17,445 nt of DNA, taken from contig JAEOSZ010000085.1 of the NCBI GenBank assembly GCA_016840095.1, forward strand, positions 1 to 17,445. Direction: 5' to 3'. The translations under genes and the position numbers were made by a program. Of the stretch, positions 9,494 to 15,520 are shown piece by piece. This stretch comes from Candidatus Heimdallarchaeota archaeon. Lineage in GTDB: Archaea > Asgardarchaeota > Heimdallarchaeia > Heimdallarchaeales > Heimdallarchaeaceae. The notes below the pieces were generated by a model. The model searched no databases, had not been told where the DNA came from, and worked only from the letters and a program-made list of their open reading frames with translations. Position 1 is the stretch's first letter. Each line of letters starts with the position of its first letter.

Positions 9494-10591
9494 ATGGATA
9501 AAGTAATTAATCAGGAAAAAAAAGAAAAGTTTCCTTATAAATTCGAATCCAAAGTTACTAAACAAGGTATAATTACTATTCCACATTCTATTACTCTAAA
9601 AGAAGGAAACTTCTACATCTTCGAATTTCATATAAAGAAGACACAGATGCATTATACTCAGATAAAGAAGATAAGAGGTACTGGCAATCGCAAATATATC
9701 TCATGTAGAATAAAGATGCCTTATCTGGAGAGAGAAGATGAAGTTACTGTAATTATTCTAAAAGAGTTTCAAGAGACAACAGAAAAATTCCTAAGAATAA
9801 ATGATTTTGAATATCCACTGCTTTCTAATGATACAAACAGATGCATGTTTCTATATAAGAATAGATCTAACAACATCATACTTACATCAGAAGAAGAAAC
9901 ACAATTTAAGGTAGAAAATCCAGATTTTGAAAGCACTGATTGGGTTATGGACATTTTTAAGCATCTAGATAATGTAGAGGATAAAGGGGAGGAGTTCTTT
10001 GACATTTTACGATTAAATCAATATTCAGTTATTCGATACTTTGGTAAGAAAAGAGAATTAAGTATTACAGAATTAACTGAAAATCCCACTGAAGATGCAA
10101 GGAAAGCTTATCAAACATTTCTCCCTTATTGTTTTTGCATACTAACAAAAATAAATCATTTGCAATTTCTACTCTCTCATCACATTAGAACGAGAATTAA
10201 GTTATTTCTGTCAAAATTTCAAAGTATATCTTCATATAAATCATTCATAATTAAAGAATTTTCAACCTATCTTCAAAGTGATATTTTCGAAAGGATTAAT
10301 GTCTCAGATCATACCTATACGAAAACAAATAGCTTAGATGATATTCGTTTCTGGTTCTATATTCCTTCTGAATATCAAGAGGTTGCTAAGAAAATACAAC
10401 TAGAATTCTTCTCTGGAAAAAAATACATTGAAATTGATAAGCTGATTGATTCTATAGTTTCAAAATCTGAAGATTTAGAAATAACAACGAGTATCTCAAA
10501 AGAAGCTATTGAATGGTTTAACAAACATCGTGTCTTGCAAGTTAAAACAAAAGATAAAAAGAAAGTACTGGAGAGATTTGGAATTGAATAA
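9494..10591 (+). CDS. Hypothetical protein with N-terminal AbrB/SpoVT/MazE-like swapped-hairpin motif(s), possible regulator
   Basis: SKVTKQGIITIP...LKEG matches the AbrB-type pattern, and IKKIRGTGNRKYISCRIKMPYLEREDEVTVII may be a second copy. Start ATG 9494 is preferred over 9479 because GGGAG lies at 9484-9488. Confidence 0.55.
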   Translation: MDKVINQEKKEKFPYKFESKVTKQGIITIPHSITLKEGNFYIFEFHIKKTQMHYTQIKKIRGTGNRKYISCRIKMPYLEREDEVTVIILKEFQETTEKFLRINDFEYPLLSNDTNRCMFLYKNRSNNIILTSEEETQFKVENPDFESTDWVMDIFKHLDNVEDKGEEFFDILRLNQYSVIRYFGKKRELSITELTENPTEDARKAYQTFLPYCFCILTKINHLQFLLSHHIRTRIKLFLSKFQSISSYKSFIIKEFSTYLQSDIFERINVSDHTYTKTNSLDDIRFWFYIPSEYQEVAKKIQLEFFSGKKYIEIDKLIDSIVSKSEDLEITTSISKEAIEWFNKHRVLQVKTKDKKKVLERFGIE

Positions 10592-11384
10592 GAAAGAACC
10601 GAAATCAAATGTTATCAGTTTCTACTCCTATAGAGGAGGGACTGGAAAGTCTACTTTATCATCTAATATAGTTAAAATTGCTTCTTTGAAACACAAAGCG
10701 ATACTTATTGATTTAGATCTTTACTCTCCTCAACTCAGCTATATCTTTGAAAAAGAAAATGAGCACTATATCAATGACTATTTTCATACTATGCTTTTTC
10801 AACCTGATAGTGGTTCAAAAAGAAAAATAGATTTATCAGATATAATTTGTAAAAGCAATTTTAAAAACCTGGATTTGATTTTGGCGAATCCTATCATTTC
10901 ATTATCTGATAAAACAATTTTACATGATGAAATCATCTCTAAAAGAATTTTCCCATGTATCCAACATATGGTAGAGATTTTACGAGCAGATTATGACTTG
11001 ATATTGATTGATTGTCCTGGAGAACTTAATTTCTATACTCTTAATGCAATAGCTGTTTCAGATCGAGCAGTAGGGGTATCTTTACCAACAAGAGCAAACA
11101 TTAAAGGTATGATAGAACTAATGAAAATTTTCAATGTTGCTCTACATGGAAAAATCTCTGATATTATACTTACTATGATTTCTACTAGGCCATCTCAAAG
11201 AAAAATTGAAACTTTAGAAAAATGGAAAATTGAGTTGAAAGATCACAATATATCTGATTTTATTTTCTTTTACTATTCAGAAAATATTGCTTATAGACAT
11301 CAATTTGAAGACGATTTCTTCTATCTTCCAGAGGAGGAAGAGTATAAACAACTTGAAGAATATCTACAAAAAATAACAGAGTAA
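10584..11384 (+). CDS. MinD/ParA-family P-loop ATPase
   Basis: VISFYSYRGGTGKST (deviant Walker A), ILIDLDLYSP, YDLILIDCPG. Probable start is TTG 10584, which overlaps the upstream TAA (TTGAATAA) and has GGAG at 10570-10573, rather than 10509. Confidence 0.85.
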   Translation: MNKKEPKSNVISFYSYRGGTGKSTLSSNIVKIASLKHKAILIDLDLYSPQLSYIFEKENEHYINDYFHTMLFQPDSGSKRKIDLSDIICKSNFKNLDLILANPIISLSDKTILHDEIISKRIFPCIQHMVEILRADYDLILIDCPGELNFYTLNAIAVSDRAVGVSLPTRANIKGMIELMKIFNVALHGKISDIILTMISTRPSQRKIETLEKWKIELKDHNISDFIFFYYSENIAYRHQFEDDFFYLPEEEEYKQLEEYLQKITE

Positions 11385-11394
11385 GTGAAATCTT

Positions 11395-12738
11395 GTGTCA
11401 GTGAAAATATTACTTTCATTGAAAAAAGCAAATGGATTATGGATATATTATAATCTATTGACTCAAACATTAGTTGAAACTTCTGTCTCTCCTGAGTTAA
11501 TTCATGATCAAGCACCAAGTAATATCCATAAAGATCTTTTCTTTGGGGAGAATATACAAGATCTTCTAGATTTCAATAACAACTTCTACAAGAAAACATT
11601 AGATGTTTTAGAAGAAGAAAAGGATTTAACTCAGTATTTCAACCAAAAATCACAAGTTATAATTGTTCTTTGGTACAGCTGCAATTTTGATTGCTCATAT
11701 TGTTTTCAGAAATACACATATTATGATTTCAAACCTGAAAAAGACATAATAGATGTTCAAAAGCTTAAACAATTTTTTACTACAAAATCAGATGGAGGAA
11801 AGCTCTCTCCTGATTCAGTTGTTCTTCTTGGAGGAGAACCACTTCTTAAGGGTAAGAAGTATAAAACTATTATCGAAGAAATTCTAGATTACTTATCTAG
11901 TGAATTTAAAGACCTAGAAATAAGTATTGTGACTAATGGTTATAATCTGAATTATTATATCCCTACATTCTTGAAATATAAAAACATAGATTGGATTTTC
12001 AATATAACTTTAGGAATTGATGAAAAACATCACAGTGAAGAACGAATTCTGAAAGCAGATAGAAGTGCAAACACAAGAAAAAGAATTTTAGAAAATATAG
12101 AAAAAATTTCAATTAATCTTCCAAAAAGCACAGTGTATATTAAACTAAATCTTGGAAAAGATTTCATAGAAGTAAAAAATGTAATCAATTTGATCAAGGG
12201 ATTGAAAAATAATGAGATAATAAGCAAGTTTGAAATAAGTCCTATCGAATCTCCAGAATATCATCAAGAGATAAATAACTCATTTATTGAATTGTCAAAA
12301 TCATTACTTCTTGAAGAATCTATAAGAAATAAGATTGACTTAAGGTATTCTCAGCATATCTTCAATATCATAAGAAAAGCGTTTATAGATAAAAGCGAAA
12401 CTGAAATTGAAGTACTACCCAAATGGTGTAATGCGATAGTATTTTCAACTAATTACGATTTATCTCCTCCATTCCAAATTCAACCTTGTGAGGATTTCCG
12501 TTATTATGAAATTGATGATAATCTGAGATTAAAAATAGAGTCTTCATTTCTAGAGAAATTCAATCAAAGAATTACCAATGTATGTGTTAATTGTCCTTTT
12601 CTAACATCTTGCTTGTCAAATCCTTGTAATATTGTAAAAAGAATTAATCAACCTCTTGAGAAATGCTATGGTCTTGAACGAAGTAATATTATAACAGCTT
12701 TATCTACAGTTCATGGAGCAAACCATGCAAAAAGTTAA
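11395..12738 (+). CDS. Radical SAM enzyme with C-terminal SPASM domain, putative peptide maturase
   Basis: CNFDCSYC (CxxxCxxC, 11680-11703), LLGGEPLL, IVTNG. C-terminal 7-Cys pattern C-x19-C...C-x2-C-x5-C-x4-C-x12-C (12427-12666). GTG start at 11395 or 11401. Confidence 0.9.
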   Translation: MSVKILLSLKKANGLWIYYNLLTQTLVETSVSPELIHDQAPSNIHKDLFFGENIQDLLDFNNNFYKKTLDVLEEEKDLTQYFNQKSQVIIVLWYSCNFDCSYCFQKYTYYDFKPEKDIIDVQKLKQFFTTKSDGGKLSPDSVVLLGGEPLLKGKKYKTIIEEILDYLSSEFKDLEISIVTNGYNLNYYIPTFLKYKNIDWIFNITLGIDEKHHSEERILKADRSANTRKRILENIEKISINLPKSTVYIKLNLGKDFIEVKNVINLIKGLKNNEIISKFEISPIESPEYHQEINNSFIELSKSLLLEESIRNKIDLRYSQHIFNIIRKAFIDKSETEIEVLPKWCNAIVFSTNYDLSPPFQIQPCEDFRYYEIDDNLRLKIESSFLEKFNQRITNVCVNCPFLTSCLSNPCNIVKRINQPLEKCYGLERSNIITALSTVHGANHAKS

Positions 12739-12743
12739 GTATG

Positions 12744-12764
12744 AACATAACTAGTTCTTATGTT
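12744..12764. repeat. Inverted repeat AACATAA-n7-TTATGTT (possible hairpin or operator)
   Basis: Perfect 7-bp arms directly after the radical SAM stop. AT-rich, so it could be chance. Confidence 0.3.
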
Positions 12765-12874
12765 TAAAAAATAAATATCCAAATCTTGAGTACTTTCACA
12801 ACTAGGAGGTTCACAAAATTATATACTCTTTCATTTACGGAATAAAGAATCACCCACTCAAACAAACAATTCTA

Positions 12875-14500
12875 ATGGAATCACATTTGTTTAGTGTTTA
12901 CACTGTGACTGACGAGGAATTAATTTCTGCAACTCAAAATTGGATAGCTTTAAGTGAAGAAATATCTTTGAATGACGAAGAAATTTTTACTCTTAAGTCA
13001 ATAAATAAAAGTTTGAAGACATTTCTTATTGATGATGACATCTCACAATTTGAGAGTACAGCACAAGAAGCACACCTAACAGGCTATCATAAATCAACAA
13101 TAGATATACTTCTATTCAAAGGAATTTTAGTTAATTCATTAGCTTTTTCAGGTACAACTAGGATATTTAAAATAGAAAATACAAGAGCTGTAGTTAACAA
13201 ACTCGAGGAAATTGAGACAAAGGACAATATCTATTACGAGTTACTTAAAGCATTGCTCTTATTCTATGAAGGACAAGAAAAAGAATCAATTCCTATTTTC
13301 CAAAAACTAAGGACACAACTTGATATGAATGATTGTTCTCCTTTAATAGTAGTTTATTATCTTCTGATAGGTATGTATCACAGAAATCCTAGTAAACAAA
13401 TAGTGATTCTTGAAGAGGGATTAAAGGGAAATTGTTTTTATTGGGAATTTGTTGTGAAGTATCTGGTTCATTTCTTTCATCGTGGTAAATATATTAAGAC
13501 TCAAGAACTTGCATTGGATTATTTAGAGGAAATGGAGAAAGATTTGGATGATTACATGAAGGGAATAAAATTGAGTATTCTTGATCAACTTATCAAATCT
13601 GCATTTCGATTAAATTTAAAATGTGATCTACAATTTTATTTGAGTGAGTATACTCAAACATTGGATAGTTTACCCTATGATGAATATGGAAATAAATACA
13701 ATTACCAGTTATTCAATAAGACAAATGAAATCCTCTTTAAAATCCATTTTAGTGAGAAAAAATTAACAGAAGAAGAGATTGAGAATTTCCTAAAATTTGG
13801 AGAAAATAGTTTCTTCAACATGCTTATGGCAACAGTAATATTAAATCCTATCATTAACAGTATGGTTCTAGAAAAAGAGTATGATAGAGCTTTTTACTAT
13901 ATTCAACAATTAGATAATGGTAAAGGGTACTCTAAATCTTCAGATAAGCTTATTTCATTCCTAGAGAGTTTTTACATCTCCGCTTTAATTGATAGAACTT
14001 TAAGATGGCAAAAATATAATATTCTGGAATATAATGGGTCACAAACAGAAATTGCTCTTAAATATCTAAAAGACTCCCAGATTCTACTTGATAAAGGGGA
14101 TGAATCTCTGAAAGTTTCAGCTCTTCTTCATGAAGTCAATTTAAGATTGAGAGCAGATTCAATCGACCAGCTTGAAGAAAGTTACATACTTGAGACTTTG
14201 AAGAGAGAAGGTTATGACTATGTACTTGCCTTAATGATTGCTTTAGTTTATTATATTAGTACTTACAATAAAGAACGGTATTATGAGATTAAATATGAGC
14301 TATTTACTAAATTGGAAGAATTTTCCGGATATAATTTTTACGAACAATTTAAACTTCAAGTGAATTCTTTATGCTCATATTTTGAAGTTAATTTATCAAT
14401 TGAAGTTGAATCAAAGAGAACTGTATTAGATTTTGATCTTATTCAAGATTATACTCAGTTTCTACAACATGAGATAAATAAAGTTTTAACAAGTAGCTAA
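12875..14500 (+). CDS. Hypothetical protein, probably alpha-helical repeat (TPR-like)
   Basis: 541-aa ORF rich in Leu/Tyr/Glu, with TPR-like segments (LLKALLLFYEGQEKESIPIFQK, FHRGKYIKTQELALDYL, LEKEYDRAFYYIQQL). No catalytic motif recognised. Confidence 0.6.
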   Translation: MESHLFSVYTVTDEELISATQNWIALSEEISLNDEEIFTLKSINKSLKTFLIDDDISQFESTAQEAHLTGYHKSTIDILLFKGILVNSLAFSGTTRIFKIENTRAVVNKLEEIETKDNIYYELLKALLLFYEGQEKESIPIFQKLRTQLDMNDCSPLIVVYYLLIGMYHRNPSKQIVILEEGLKGNCFYWEFVVKYLVHFFHRGKYIKTQELALDYLEEMEKDLDDYMKGIKLSILDQLIKSAFRLNLKCDLQFYLSEYTQTLDSLPYDEYGNKYNYQLFNKTNEILFKIHFSEKKLTEEEIENFLKFGENSFFNMLMATVILNPIINSMVLEKEYDRAFYYIQQLDNGKGYSKSSDKLISFLESFYISALIDRTLRWQKYNILEYNGSQTEIALKYLKDSQILLDKGDESLKVSALLHEVNLRLRADSIDQLEESYILETLKREGYDYVLALMIALVYYISTYNKERYYEIKYELFTKLEEFSGYNFYEQFKLQVNSLCSYFEVNLSIEVESKRTVLDFDLIQDYTQFLQHEINKVLTSS

Positions 14501-14539
14501 TTTTATTCAATCTTTAAACTGTTAGAAAAACTTTCGTTT

Positions 14540-14569
14540 TCTACAAAAGTATAAAAACTAGAAAGAACA
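14540..14569 (+). promoter_or_regulatory. BRE-TATA-like promoter of precursor gene 1 (repeat copy 1)
   Basis: TCTACAAAAGTATAAAAACTAGAAAGAACA, 26/30 identical to 14859-14888. Confidence 0.6.
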
Positions 14570-14593
14570 TAGTACCTACAAGAGGACATGCTT

Positions 14594-14797
14594 ATGAGAA
14601 AAGAAGAGAAAATCTCACTTGATCAAACTTCATTCAAGATTATTGCAAAAACCAATATAGACTGGGGAAATAATGTAGGTATAAATGAAGAACTTCCTCC
14701 AGATGATGATAATTATTATCCAACTTGCACTACTGCAGTAATGCGAGTTTCTGCTAGATCTGCTTCATGTAGTGTAATAACGTTAGGAAGAGGGTAG
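14594..14797 (+). CDS. Putative RiPP precursor peptide A1 (67 aa)
   Basis: MRKEEKISLDQTSFKIIAKTNIDWGNNVGINEELPPDDDNYYPTCTTAVMRVSARSASCSVITLGRG. The second ATG (14594) sits 7 nt after GAGGA and aligns without gaps to the start of the paralog. Downstream of the rSAM/SPASM and ABC exporter genes. Confidence 0.8.
   Translation: MRKEEKISLDQTSFKIIAKTNIDWGNNVGINEELPPDDDNYYPTCTTAVMRVSARSASCSVITLGRG
14630..14669 (+). repeat. 40-nt perfect direct repeat, copy 1 (encodes SFKIIAKTNIDWG)
   Basis: TCATTCAAGATTATTGCAAAAACCAATATAGACTGGGGAA is identical to 14947-14986 (offset 317). Confidence 0.95.
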
Positions 14798-14858
14798 GAC
14801 AACTGATTTTCCTTTTGGTTATGCTTGGTTCTTTAACTTTCTGAAATGACATACTTTG

Positions 14859-14888
14859 TCTGCAAAAGTATATAAATTAGAAAAAACA
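14859..14888 (+). promoter_or_regulatory. BRE-TATA-like promoter of precursor gene 2 (repeat copy 2)
   Basis: TCTGCAAAAGTATATAAATTAGAAAAAACA, a purine-rich element followed by TATATAAA. Confidence 0.6.
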
Positions 14889-14910
14889 AATGTATAAAAG
14901 TGGTTAAACA

Positions 14911-15108
14911 ATGGCTAAAAAAGAGAACATCACTCAAGACCAAATATCATTCAAGATTATTGCAAAAACCAATATAGACTGGGGAATCAATTCAAGTATA
15001 AATGCTGTCGAACCTACAATACCTGATCCCCCTGAATTCAACTGTACTACATCAGTAAATCGAATATCTTCAAGATCTGGTACATGTAGCGTATTATCGT
15101 TAGGATAG
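14911..15108 (+). CDS. Putative RiPP precursor peptide A2 (65 aa)
   Basis: MAKKENITQDQISFKIIAKTNIDWGINSSINAVEPTIPDPPEFNCTTSVNRISSRSGTCSVLSLG. Gapless alignment with A1 gives 37/65 identical residues (manual count). Confidence 0.8.
   Translation: MAKKENITQDQISFKIIAKTNIDWGINSSINAVEPTIPDPPEFNCTTSVNRISSRSGTCSVLSLG
14947..14986 (+). repeat. 40-nt perfect direct repeat, copy 2
   Basis: Identical to 14630-14669. Confidence 0.95.
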
Positions 15109-15520
15109 GGTTAAGAAAAGTATTTTTCTCTGCCTTACGATATATTGTTTTATATATTCTATTTTACCATTCTTTGCTTAAATAAGTGTTAAATCCTCTA
15201 ATAATAGTTGTAAACACAATTTTTCAAGAAATAAGTTTTTTTAAAATGAATTCTATATTTCAGGATTCTTTGAAGCACCTTTTTCTCTCTTTTTAAATAT
15301 ATATAAAGATAAGGCAAAAATCATTTAATAACCACAATTAATCAAAGAAATCACTTATTTGAGAGAAAATGTGTTGTTTTTATAAAACCAAAATCAGTTA
15401 CTTAAATTTGAGTAGAGGTTGTTAAACATCCTATTAATAAGAATATTCAACCAATTAAAAGATGATGTTTCTTATTAGAGGTTCGATTTGAACTAGGATA
15501 AAATTAATAAAGGTGAAAAA

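Noticed and set aside
10509-10583. N-terminal extension of the MinD/ParA ORF given in the track
   Set aside because: It overlaps the upstream gene by more than 80 nt. Family members begin just before the VISFYS strand, and TTG 10584 has an RBS and a stop-start overlap.
1139-12227. Short track ORFs overlapping larger genes (1139-1402, 2535-2726, 3582-3797, 5060-5284, 7243-7431, 8161-8367, 8325-8507, 8916-9140, 9380-9586, 9769-10005, 10375-10608, 11321-11518, 12030-12227)
   Set aside because: Antisense or off-frame shadows of well-supported CDSs, with no motifs.
12805-12874. GGAGG at 12805-12809 followed by in-frame ATT/ATA as an alternative upstream start for the 541-aa ORF
   Set aside because: It would require a rare start codon and there is no independent support; ATG 12875 retained.
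14594-15108. Lanthipeptide or thiazole/oxazole (YcaO) interpretation of the Ser/Thr/Cys-rich tail
   Set aside because: No LanB/C/M/KC or YcaO enzyme recognised in the window. The only evident modifying enzyme is the rSAM/SPASM, although enzymes acting in trans cannot be excluded.
14540-15114. Repeat pair as a CRISPR array or DGR template/variable repeat
   Set aside because: Only two copies, 317 nt apart, both in-frame coding. Differences are not adenine-specific, and no cas or reverse transcriptase gene is in the window.
15115-15520. AT-rich 400-nt gap as a third precursor copy, ncRNA or tRNA (GGTTCGA near 15480)
   Set aside because: No FKIIAKTNIDWG-like remnant noticed, no cloverleaf around the GGTTCGA, and no GC-rich stems. 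Probably a regulatory region for the downstream gene.
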